A stretch of DNA of 64,000 bases from an uncultured Gemmatimonadales bacterium (GTDB lineage Bacteria > Gemmatimonadota > Gemmatimonadetes > Gemmatimonadales > GWC2-71-9): contig CAWCFX010000004.1 of the NCBI GenBank assembly GCA_963795085.1, positions 160,001 to 224,000 on the forward strand, read 5' to 3'. This document shows, one piece after another, positions 48,259 through 56,357 of this stretch. Below the pieces are notes generated by a model. It was not told the origin of the DNA. It worked only from the letters and a program-made list of their open reading frames with translations, and did no database searches. A program made the translations under genes and the position numbers. Position 1 is the stretch's first letter. Every line of letters begins with the position of its first letter.

Positions 48259-48478
48259 GCCACTCCCCGGTGAGGCTGGAATAAACTACTAAAACCCGGA
48301 TTAATAATACTAGAAGCAGTAGTAGAGGCTCTGGATATGTGGATGCCGCCTCCAAGTGCTGGCGGTGTCCGCCTTTCAGGCCTTCTGCCGCTGTTGACAT
48401 CGTGTGGGTGATGGGGAGAGGTGAGGAGTGTTCTCCCTGTTGTCCGCATTTCCCACACTACTGCATGTGTCCCGGCGA
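48259..48478. promoter_or_regulatory. oriC: candidate oriC (dnaA-dnaN intergenic)
   Basis: Several degenerate DnaA boxes, a tandem box pair at 48330-48346, DnaA-trio-like repeats at 48311-48325 and an AT-rich tract at 48279-48310. Confidence 0.8.
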
Positions 48479-49873
48479 CTATTGTGCAAACAGCTCCTGG
48501 CGGGCCATCTCGATGCGCTCCCGGAGGCTGCGGTCGCGGGCGATCTGGCGCTGCACCTTGTCCACGCTGTGAATGACCGTGGAGTGATCCCGGCCGCCGA
48601 ACGCCTGGCCGATTTCGACCAACTGCATCTGGAGCAGGTCCCGCGCGAGGTACATGGCGATCTGGCGCGGGACTGTCAGGGTCTTGATGCGCGCCTTGGA
48701 GCGCAGCCCCTCCGGCGTTACGCCCCACCGGCGGGCAATCACTTCCTGGACCTTGTCGATCGTCGGGAGAGCCTTGTGGGCCGGCGTCCCGGCCTCCTCG
48801 CCGACTCTAATCTTATCGGACAGGGCGTCCCGGGCCAGTTCGATCGACACCTCCCGGTGCTTGAGCGAGGCGAAAAGCAGGAGCTTGATAATGCAGCCTT
48901 CGAGTTCCCGGACGTTGCTCCGCACGTGTTCGGCGATAAACCGCAGCACGTCGTCCGGAATGGTCAGCTCCAGGTGGTCCTGCTCCTGCTTCTTTCGGAG
49001 AATGGCGATCCGGTGTTCCAGGTCCGGCTGGCCGATGTCCGCCACCATGCCCCACTCGAAGCGGCTCACCAGCCGGGCTTCCAGGCCGGGGATCTCCTTG
49101 GGGGGCCGGTCGGAGGTCAGGACGATCTGCTTCTTGCCCTCATACAGAGCGTTAAATGTATGAAAGAACTCCTCCTGGGTCATTTCCTTGCCTTCCAGGA
49201 AATGCACGTCGTCCACCAGGAAGAGGCCCACATCGCTCCGGTAGCGGCGCCGAAACTCCGGCATGGTACGGCTGTGGATGCTTTCGATGACCTCGTTGAT
49301 GAACTGTTCCGCCCCCACGTACAACACCTGGGTGGACGGGTCCCGCTCGCAGACGGCGTGGGCAATGGCCTGCATGAGGTGGGTCTTGCCCAGGCCGGTG
49401 GCGCCGTAAATGAAGAGCGGGTTGTACGTCTTTCCGGGGGATTCCGCCACGGCATGGGCGGCGGCGGCGGCCAACTCGTTGGACTTGCCGATAACGAAGG
49501 TATCGAAGGTGTATCGCTCGTTGAGCGGTTGAGTGCTGCTGTTGCCGCCGGCCGGGGCCGCGGCCGGCGCGGCCGAGGCCTGGGGGGCCACGAAGAAATC
49601 CATCTGGGGCCGCCGCTGGCGGTCCTCCTGGACCTGGAAGACCACGGCGGTGGGCCGGCCCACGACCGGCTCAGCCAGGCGGGACAACAGGCTGGCATGC
49701 TTGGACTCGTTCCACTGCGCCGCGAAATGATCCGGGGCGCCCACGATCAGCCGGCCGTCGTCGAGGGCTATGGCCTCGGCGGGTTCAAGCCAGGTACGGA
49801 CCGTATGTTCCGGTAATTCGCGATGCGCCTCTTCGAGGATGCGCTTCCAAGCTTCTTTTGCGGACAGCTGCAT
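48479..49873 (-). CDS. dnaA: chromosomal replication initiator DnaA
   Basis: YNPLFIYGATGLGKTHL, QEEFFHTFN, NVRELEG, GGRDHSTV. Confidence 0.99.
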   Translation of the reverse strand: MQLSAKEAWKRILEEAHRELPEHTVRTWLEPAEAIALDDGRLIVGAPDHFAAQWNESKHASLLSRLAEPVVGRPTAVVFQVQEDRQRRPQMDFFVAPQASAAPAAAPAGGNSSTQPLNERYTFDTFVIGKSNELAAAAAHAVAESPGKTYNPLFIYGATGLGKTHLMQAIAHAVCERDPSTQVLYVGAEQFINEVIESIHSRTMPEFRRRYRSDVGLFLVDDVHFLEGKEMTQEEFFHTFNALYEGKKQIVLTSDRPPKEIPGLEARLVSRFEWGMVADIGQPDLEHRIAILRKKQEQDHLELTIPDDVLRFIAEHVRSNVRELEGCIIKLLLFASLKHREVSIELARDALSDKIRVGEEAGTPAHKALPTIDKVQEVIARRWGVTPEGLRSKARIKTLTVPRQIAMYLARDLLQMQLVEIGQAFGGRDHSTVIHSVDKVQRQIARDRSLRERIEMARQELFAQ

Positions 49874-49912
49874 CAGGACTCAACAATCGGTGGGTGCTTT
49901 CAAGGGCAGACG

Positions 49913-49941
49913 ATTGTACCGGGCAGATGTGGAAAAGTCAA
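49913..49941 (-). promoter_or_regulatory. dnaA promoter overlapped by a DnaA box
   Basis: TTGACT-N17-TACAAT on the minus strand; TTTTCCACA at 49936-49928. Confidence 0.75.
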
Positions 49942-50003
49942 CCTTGACCTAAAGGCATGGCTGTAGGTAGCTTCTCGGGCTCATTGGAGGATACAAGGAT
50001 CGC

Positions 50004-50165
50004 ATGAAACCGTCATACAGGCCGCGGAACCGGCGGCGAATCAACAAGCATGGATTCCGGGCCCGGATGGCCACCAGGTGGGGCCGCGAGGTCCTGTCCC
50101 GGCGCCGCAAGAAGGGCCGCAAGCGGTTGACCGTCTCCCTGCCGTCGAAGCACGGAGGGTCCTGA
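50004..50165 (+). CDS. rpmH: 50S ribosomal protein L34 (below the ORF-track length cutoff)
   Basis: [44 protein letters not shown], divergent from dnaA. Confidence 0.97.
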   Translation: MKPSYRPRNRRRINKHGFRARMATRWGREVLSRRRKKGRKRLTVSLPSKHGGS

Positions 50166-50515
50166 CGCCGAGCGAGCGACTGGTGCGAGCCCGAAGGCTC
50201 GCCCGGAGCTCGGATATCCACCGCTGCCTCGCGGAGGGTAAGCGTCACCGCACGGCGCACTTAGAAGTCATCTGGGCCGAGAATGATACGGGCCACCCGC
50301 GGATGGGACTGATCGTTCCCCGGTTCCAGTCATCCGCAGTGGCCCGCAATCGTGTGCGGCGGCGCCTGCGGGAGGTATGGCGGCGGGAAATACAGGCCCG
50401 GCAGCCGGCCTGGGATCTGATCCTGCGGGCCCGGCCGGCCGCGTACCAGGCGACCTTTGCCGAATTGCGGGGAGAGTTACTGGCGTGGCGCGACCTGGTC
50501 ATCCCGTCCAGCTGA
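50162..50515 (+). CDS. rnpA: RNase P protein component
   Basis: RMGLIVPR and [13 protein letters not shown]; position after rpmH; start uncertain. Confidence 0.92.
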   Translation: MTPSERLVRARRLARSSDIHRCLAEGKRHRTAHLEVIWAENDTGHPRMGLIVPRFQSSAVARNRVRRRLREVWRREIQARQPAWDLILRARPAAYQATFAELRGELLAWRDLVIPSS

Positions 50516-50748
50516 CCTTCCGCTGGATCGTCGCCCTGCCGCGTCGCGCGGTGGCGGGCCTGATCCGGGGATACCAGGTGGCCATTTCCCCGCTCTTGCC
50601 AGCAAGTTGCCGGTTTCACCCCTCATGCTCCCAGTACACCAGGGAAGCCGTGATCCGGTATGGCGTGTTCCGAGGCGGTTGGATGGGTTTGCGGCGTCTG
50701 GCGAGGTGTCACCCGTTTCACCCCGGTGGTTTTGATCCAGTTCCCTGA
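50485..50748 (+). CDS. yidD: membrane protein insertion efficiency factor YidD
   Basis: [31 protein letters not shown]. Confidence 0.95.
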   Translation: MARPGHPVQLTFRWIVALPRRAVAGLIRGYQVAISPLLPASCRFHPSCSQYTREAVIRYGVFRGGWMGLRRLARCHPFHPGGFDPVP

Positions 50749-50761
50749 TCCCTGATCGTCC

Positions 50762-52465
50762 ATGGACCGTCGTATAATCTGGGCCATCGTTGCGATGATG
50801 CTGATCGCAATCCTGCCCTCTCTTTTCCTCAAGCGATCTCCTCCGCCCAGCATCCCCGCCAGCCAGCCGGCGGGACGACCGGACATCGGTTTCCGCCAGA
50901 CTCCCGAGGTTCCCACGATCGGCGCCCCTCCCGGCGTGGCCGTCGAGGACAGCCTGCATGATCTGGTGGCTGAGGCGGACACGGTGACGGTCAATTCCGG
51001 TGTGTACTCATATGGCATTTCGACCATCGGCGGCCGATTCTCCCGGGTTACCCTGCCGACCTACCGTTCGATGGCGCCCGGCGACCGGGAGGCGCCGGTC
51101 CAGCTGCTGCATCCGGATGGCAACCTCCTTGGGCTTCGGGTTCTCGCGGGCGGAGATACCCTGCACCTGGACCGGATGGCCCTCACCCCCTCCGCCTCCC
51201 GGCTCAGCGTCAACGGCCCGACGCAGCTCACGCTGAGCGGGGGGCGGGGCGGGGTCGGCGTCCGGTTGACCTACGAGTTCGTTCCCGACAATTACCTGGT
51301 CCGGATCCAGGGCCAGGTGACCGGTTTGGGGCCGAACGGCGGGGTGCTGATGGTGGGCATGGGGCCGGGGATCCGGAACACCGAGGCCGATTCCATCGAC
51401 AACCAGCGCTCGCTGGCCGTGGTGACGATGGCCAACGGGGCCCAGGCCACCAACTTCCATAAACTCGACGCCGGCCAGACCACCCCGTTCGAGGGACCCT
51501 TCCAGTGGGTGGCGGTGAAGTCGAAGTACTTCGTCACCGCGCTCTTCACGCTCGATTCCACTCAGCCCCGGATCGCGGGAGTCACCGCGAGCCCGCCGGC
51601 CAGCGCGGGGAAGAACCCTACCCGCGCCGACATCCAGGTCAGCCTGCCCCTCGGCGCCGATGGCCGCTTCGGTTACCAGCTGTACGCTGGGCCCATGGAG
51701 TACGACCGCCTTCGGGCCATCGGACACGAGTTCGACGATGTGAATCCCTATGGCTGGCCCGGGTTCCGGACCGTCATCCGGCCGGTCGCGGTAGCCGCCC
51801 GCTGGCTGCTGGTGTGGATGCACGATAATCTGCACCTGGCGTATGGCATGGTCCTGGTGTGTTTCGGGATCATGATCCGGATCATCCTGTGGCCGCTTAA
51901 CCAGAAGGCCATGCGGTCCAGCATGGAAATGCAGGCCATCCAGCCGCAGCTCAAGGAGATCCAGGACCGCTACAAGAATGAGCCGCAGAAGCTCCAGCAG
52001 GAAATGTTCAAGCTGTACAAGGAGCACGGCGTCAATCCGTTCGGCGGGTGCTGGCCGCTGCTCATCCCGATGCCGGTGCTGTTCGCGCTGTTCTTCCTGC
52101 TGGGGAACACCATCGAACTGCGGGGCGAATCGTTCCTGTGGCTGCCTGACCTCTCCCGGGCCGACCCGTATTTCATCGTGCCGGTGCTGATGGGCCTGTC
52201 GATGTTCGTCCTGAGCAAGGTCGGATCGAAGGGGCTGCCCCCCAGTCCCCAGACCAAGATCATGCTGTATGTCATGCCCGTCATGATGACGGTGCTCTTC
52301 GTGAGCTTCCCCTCGGGGCTCAACCTCTACTACGCCGTCCAGAACACGGCCAGTATCCCGCAGCAATGGCTGCTGGCCAAGGAGCGGGCCCGGCGCAATC
52401 CGGCGCCCTCCCCCGCGCCGGCCAAGGCCGCCGCCAAGACCAAGATCAAGACCCGGAAGAAATAA
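50762..52465 (+). CDS. yidC: membrane protein insertase YidC
   Basis: N-terminal TM, periplasmic domain, NPFGGCWP, LPDLSRADP. Confidence 0.97.
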   Translation: MDRRIIWAIVAMMLIAILPSLFLKRSPPPSIPASQPAGRPDIGFRQTPEVPTIGAPPGVAVEDSLHDLVAEADTVTVNSGVYSYGISTIGGRFSRVTLPTYRSMAPGDREAPVQLLHPDGNLLGLRVLAGGDTLHLDRMALTPSASRLSVNGPTQLTLSGGRGGVGVRLTYEFVPDNYLVRIQGQVTGLGPNGGVLMVGMGPGIRNTEADSIDNQRSLAVVTMANGAQATNFHKLDAGQTTPFEGPFQWVAVKSKYFVTALFTLDSTQPRIAGVTASPPASAGKNPTRADIQVSLPLGADGRFGYQLYAGPMEYDRLRAIGHEFDDVNPYGWPGFRTVIRPVAVAARWLLVWMHDNLHLAYGMVLVCFGIMIRIILWPLNQKAMRSSMEMQAIQPQLKEIQDRYKNEPQKLQQEMFKLYKEHGVNPFGGCWPLLIPMPVLFALFFLLGNTIELRGESFLWLPDLSRADPYFIVPVLMGLSMFVLSKVGSKGLPPSPQTKIMLYVMPVMMTVLFVSFPSGLNLYYAVQNTASIPQQWLLAKERARRNPAPSPAPAKAAAKTKIKTRKK

Positions 52466-52516
52466 GGGCGCGCTCCCTCCGCGCGCCCGCCGGGCTTTCG
52501 CCATTACGTTTCAGCC

Positions 52517-53845
52517 ATGCTGTCCGATCCGATTGCCGCCCTGGCTACGCCCGCCGGGCGGTCCGCCCTCGCGGTCGTGAGGCTGAGCGGGGAGGGAGCG
52601 TTTGCGGTCGCCGGGGCCGTCATCGAGAAGTTCCGGCCCTCCCCTCCCCGCCAGGCCCGGCTGACCCGGTTTCGCCGGGCCAATGGGTCCATCATTGACC
52701 AGGGCATCTACATCGTCTATCCCGGCCCGGGAAGCTATACCGGGGAGGACCTGGTCGAATTCTCCACCCATGGCGGGTTGGTGGCCGCGCCGGCCCTGCT
52801 GGGCGCACTGTACGCCGCCGGAGCCCGGGCCGCGGCCGCCGGAGAGTTTACCCGGCGGGCCGTCCTGAACGGCAAACTGGACCTGCTCCAGGCGGAAGCC
52901 GTCGGTGACCTGATCGACGCCACCGTGCCAGCCCAGGCCCGGCTGGCCCTGACCCAGCTCGATGGCGCACTCTCCCGGCGGATCGGCACCCTCCGGACGA
53001 ACCTGATCGACCTGGAGGCCCTCCTCAGTTATTCCATAGATTTTCCCGAAGAGGACGATGGCCCGCTGCCGATCGAGCGGGTGCTGGCGGTGCTTGATGA
53101 GACCCTGCACCAGGTGGGACAACTGCTGCGCTCCGGCGCCACCGGCCAGCGTGTGCGGGAGGGCGCCCTGGTGGTCATCGCGGGTCGCCCCAACGCGGGT
53201 AAGTCGTCGCTGTTCAACGCGCTGGTTGGCACCGACCGGGTGCTGGTGAGCGAGACCCCCGGAACCACCCGGGACGCGGTGGAGGCGTTCACCGATTTCG
53301 AGGGCTGGCCGATCCGGCTCATGGATACGGCCGGGCTGGGAGACTTTGCCCAACGAGTGGACCAGATGGGGGTAGGCGTGAGCCGGCGCTACATCGAGGC
53401 CGCCGACCTGGTGCTGCTCTGCGTCGAAACAGGGCGCAACCTGGACGAGGAAGAGGTTCGCCTCCGGGACGACCGGGTGCTGCTGGTGCGCACCAAGCAC
53501 GACCTGGCTGCATCCCCCCTGTCCGAGGACGGCGTTCCCGTATCGGCACTAACCGGGGAAGGTCTCGACGTGCTGGCGCGGGGGGTGGTGGCGCGGGCGT
53601 TCGGGGAAGGGATCCCCCTGGCCGACCTGGAGCCCGCCCTGACCCGGGAACGCCACCGGGAGCGGCTCTATCAGGCCCAGGCGTCATTGGAACTCGCCCG
53701 GTCACAATGCACTCCCCAGGGCGACCCCGTGCTGGTGTCCCATCATGTCCGGCTGGCGGTCATCCAGCTCGAGGAACTGATTGGGACGGTGGACCTGGAG
53801 GCCGTGCTCGACCGGGTCTTCACCAGTTTCTGTATCGGCAAGTGA
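52517..53845 (+). CDS. mnmE: tRNA modification GTPase MnmE
   Basis: SYTGED, GRPNAGKSS, GTTRD, DTAG, FCIGK. Confidence 0.97.
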   Translation: MLSDPIAALATPAGRSALAVVRLSGEGAFAVAGAVIEKFRPSPPRQARLTRFRRANGSIIDQGIYIVYPGPGSYTGEDLVEFSTHGGLVAAPALLGALYAAGARAAAAGEFTRRAVLNGKLDLLQAEAVGDLIDATVPAQARLALTQLDGALSRRIGTLRTNLIDLEALLSYSIDFPEEDDGPLPIERVLAVLDETLHQVGQLLRSGATGQRVREGALVVIAGRPNAGKSSLFNALVGTDRVLVSETPGTTRDAVEAFTDFEGWPIRLMDTAGLGDFAQRVDQMGVGVSRRYIEAADLVLLCVETGRNLDEEEVRLRDDRVLLVRTKHDLAASPLSEDGVPVSALTGEGLDVLARGVVARAFGEGIPLADLEPALTRERHRERLYQAQASLELARSQCTPQGDPVLVSHHVRLAVIQLEELIGTVDLEAVLDRVFTSFCIGK

Positions 53846-53876
53846 CCGCCAGGGGTGGAACCCCGAGGAGAATGTA

Positions 53877-54452
53877 ATGACCACGTCGTGGCTCCCCTCG
53901 CTCGCCGCCGCCATGGCGGCGGCTGAAACCAGCGGTAAGTCGATTCTCCTTGCCGTGCATGCCCCTGGTTGAATGGGTTGCAAGGCCATGGATACCGTGA
54001 CGTATCCCGACCCGGAAGTGGCTGCCTTCATCGCGGCCGAGTTTGAGGCAGCGCAGGTGCACATCGGCGACCCGGACCAGGCCTCCCGCGATAGCATCCG
54101 GCGTTACCGACTGCTCTGGGCGCCCGGATTCGTGGTTCTGGGCAGCAAGGGTGACGAGTTACGGCGCTTCTTAGGCTTCCAGCGGCCCCGGGATTTCATC
54201 GCGGACCTGCGGATGGGGCTGGGCAAGGGCCGCCTGCTTCAACGACGGTATGACGAGGCGTTTCGGGAGTTTCGGGCGACGGCGGACCTCGACCCTCCAG
54301 CACCGGTCAGCGACGAGGGAGTCTACTGGGCTGGTATTGCACTACACTACCGGGACAAGACCGATCTGGAATTCCTGCACCAGTACTGGGAGGAGTTGCG
54401 GCGGCGGTTTCCGGAGAGCCGGTGGTGGACGGCGGCGGACGTTTTCAGGTGA
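53877..54452 (+). CDS. probable selenoprotein: thioredoxin-fold protein with UxxC motif and C-terminal TPR-like helices (191 aa, Sec32)
   Basis: SD GAGGAG (53865-70), ATG 53877, in-frame TGA 53970-72 giving ...KSILLAVHAPG-U-MG-C-KAMDTVTYP; SECIS-like hairpin immediately downstream. Confidence 0.82.
53975..54013 (+). promoter_or_regulatory. putative bacterial SECIS element
   Basis: Lower stem GGGTTG/CGACCC, upper stem GGATAC/GTATCC, apical loop CGTGAC starting 24 nt after the UGA. Confidence 0.7.
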
Positions 54453-54485
54453 GAAGTGAGAGGGGACACTTCTCACTTCTCACCT
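54447..54485. terminator. 15-bp perfect inverted repeat built from 7-mer repeats, between convergent genes
   Basis: AGGTGAGAAGTGAGA-9nt-TCTCACTTCTCACCT; contains both stop codons. Confidence 0.65.
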
Positions 54486-54679
54486 CGCTTGTGGCTGCCA
54501 TCGCAGAAGGGCCGATTTTCGGACCGGCCACAGCCGCACAGCTTGATGACTCCGGGCTGTTTGAACGGGGGAATCGGGATTTCGTTGCCATCCGGGTCCA
54601 TGATGCGCGCGGCGCCATGAATGACGATCGTGCCGGAGGGTTTGACCGTAATGCTGATCGGTTCCTCCGGCTGGCTCAC
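54473..54679 (-). CDS. CDGSH iron-sulfur domain protein
   Basis: LCGCGRSENRPFCDGSH. Confidence 0.93.
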   Translation of the reverse strand: MSQPEEPISITVKPSGTIVIHGAARIMDPDGNEIPIPPFKQPGVIKLCGCGRSENRPFCDGSHKRGEK

Positions 54680-55620
54680 GCGGTTTGGACTCCCCGGGCC
54701 GCGTCCTCCGCCACTTGGAAGTCCCGGGCCGGTGCCCGCACCGCCTGGGAGATCCCTCGTTCCGCCACCAGCGACTCGGCCATCCGCCAGCCCAGGTAGT
54801 ATCCAGACCGCTCCGGCAGCACTCGTCCGTTGACCAGCCTCGCTGCGGGGCTCATCCCGCCGCTGAGATAGCGCAGCCGGAGCCCCAGCCCGGCCCGCTC
54901 AAGGTCGGGCTCCGCGGAGCGCCGGAGGAACGAGTCCAGTTCCCGGAGGCGGTTGTACTGGCGCTTGGGATATCCGAAGTAATTGGCCGGCACGAAGCCC
55001 GGCGCCACCGCCTGGGCGGCATGGACGGCCACCCCTTCGTTGATCAGCAGCTCGCGGAGGGTGGCGCGGCTGCCAGTGGTCCAATAGTCGTAGTACCCAC
55101 CCGCTTCATGGATCAGCCGGCGCATGTCGCTGTTGCTGGTCGGAGAAGTGTAGCGGACCAGGTGGGCGTACTCGTGTCCCACCCAGATGGGAATGAGCTC
55201 GGGAGTCAGGCCGAGGCTGTAGGTGTCAGGGTTGGCGCGGCCGGTGAAATGCTCCAGGCAAATGAACATGACCCCGCGGCCGCCCACCACCAGCTCTCCC
55301 GCGTTGGCGGCACCCATCCCCACCATGATATAGCAATCGGCCGGCCGGTCCACGCCAAGGACTTCCTCGGCCCGGTTAAGGGCCTGCTCCACGATTTCGA
55401 CGACGTCCACGGAGGCGATCAACTCCCAGAGGTCACTGCGGTCAGCGCTCATGGCCTGGCTGATGATCTCGGCCGCCGGCGGACTGTCGAGGTCCATGAC
55501 GTAGTTGTGCCAGTACGCCTGGAGCAGCGGGCGGTGATTATCGAGATACTTGTAGTAGGCCTTTTCGCGGTCGGGGGCCTCGAGGACCGCCAGGAATTCC
55601 GGAAGGAGATTGATCAGCAC
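54676..55620 (-). CDS. putative Zn-dependent peptidase (DUF2268-like)
   Basis: HEYAH, downstream NEGVA, ERSGYYLG. Confidence 0.7.
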   Translation of the reverse strand: MLINLLPEFLAVLEAPDREKAYYKYLDNHRPLLQAYWHNYVMDLDSPPAAEIISQAMSADRSDLWELIASVDVVEIVEQALNRAEEVLGVDRPADCYIMVGMGAANAGELVVGGRGVMFICLEHFTGRANPDTYSLGLTPELIPIWVGHEYAHLVRYTSPTSNSDMRRLIHEAGGYYDYWTTGSRATLRELLINEGVAVHAAQAVAPGFVPANYFGYPKRQYNRLRELDSFLRRSAEPDLERAGLGLRLRYLSGGMSPAARLVNGRVLPERSGYYLGWRMAESLVAERGISQAVRAPARDFQVAEDAARGVQTA

Positions 55621-55929
55621 GCGAGAGAATATGGAAGCTTGAACTCTCCGCGCAAGGCGTCTTGACAGGCTGGGTTATCGTAGTGCCGCTGCGCGCAGCC
55701 GGGCCCGCTCCGCCCGCGGCTGCAACACCGGGTCGGCCCGGTGCCATGCATTGGCGACCCGTTCATAGTACGAGCGGGCCTCGGCGGTCCGGCCGGCCTG
55801 GTCCGACGCCAGAGCCATCAGTCCCCAGAGCTCGGTGGGGGTGGCATAGGTGTTTGCGCCGTCGAATGGTCCCGTGAGGGCCGGCTCGATGATGGCGATT
55901 GCCTCGACGCGGTACCCGGGGCCGGGTCC

Positions 55930-56304
55930 CGGGCGAGCCTGCCGGATCCGGACATCGACATGACCCTGGTCGCTATGGCTTCCGTTTCTCCCGCCCGGTT
56001 ACCGCGGGACAGCACGTCATCCGGGTCGTCAGCGCCGGTCCCCAAGTCCACGAAGTGGTCCTGGTGAAGGTCAACCCGGGCCGGACGATCCGGGACCTGG
56101 TGGAGTGGGAGTTGTCCGGCGGGAAAGGCGCCCCGCCCGGCGAATTCCCTTGGCGGCGTGGTCGGGCTCAGCACCGGCGGATGTAAGATCTTCGCCGATA
56201 ATTTCACCCCCGGGTGATTACGGGCTGATCTGCTTCCTTCCCGAGGAGGGAGACGGCAAGCCGCACACGGAACACGTATGATCCACCAATTCACTGCTCG
56301 GTAG
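55930..56304 (+). pseudogene. degraded gene for a cupredoxin-like metal-binding protein, at least 4 frameshifts
   Basis: Switching frames gives PDPDIDMTLV-YGFRFSRPVTAGQHVIRVVSAGPQVHEVVLVK...GEF-LGGVVGL...FTPG-DYGLICFLPEEGDGKPHTEH-MIHQF. Confidence 0.7.
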
Positions 56305-56311
56305 ACAGACA

Positions 56312-56342
56312 ACGAGCAGGCCGGCGGTGCCGGCCTGCTCGT
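56312..56342. terminator. 14-bp hairpin between convergent genes
   Basis: ACGAGCAGGCCGGC-GGT-GCCGGCCTGCTCGT. Confidence 0.7.
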
Positions 56343-56357
56343 GTCTCTTCCTGCGGC

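Noticed and set aside
54450..54452. Second TGA of the Sec-Trx gene as another Sec codon
   Set aside because: It lies inside a terminator-like stem, has no redox motif context, and read-through would run antisense into the CDGSH gene.
55662..55860. Possible structured ncRNA (SRP- or tRNA-like)
   Set aside because: No SRP GGAA-loop helix or cloverleaf found; more likely decayed coding sequence.
56215..56217. TGA in the cupredoxin-like pseudogene as a Sec codon
   Set aside because: The protein-like sequence continues in a different frame (DYGLICF), so this is a frameshift.
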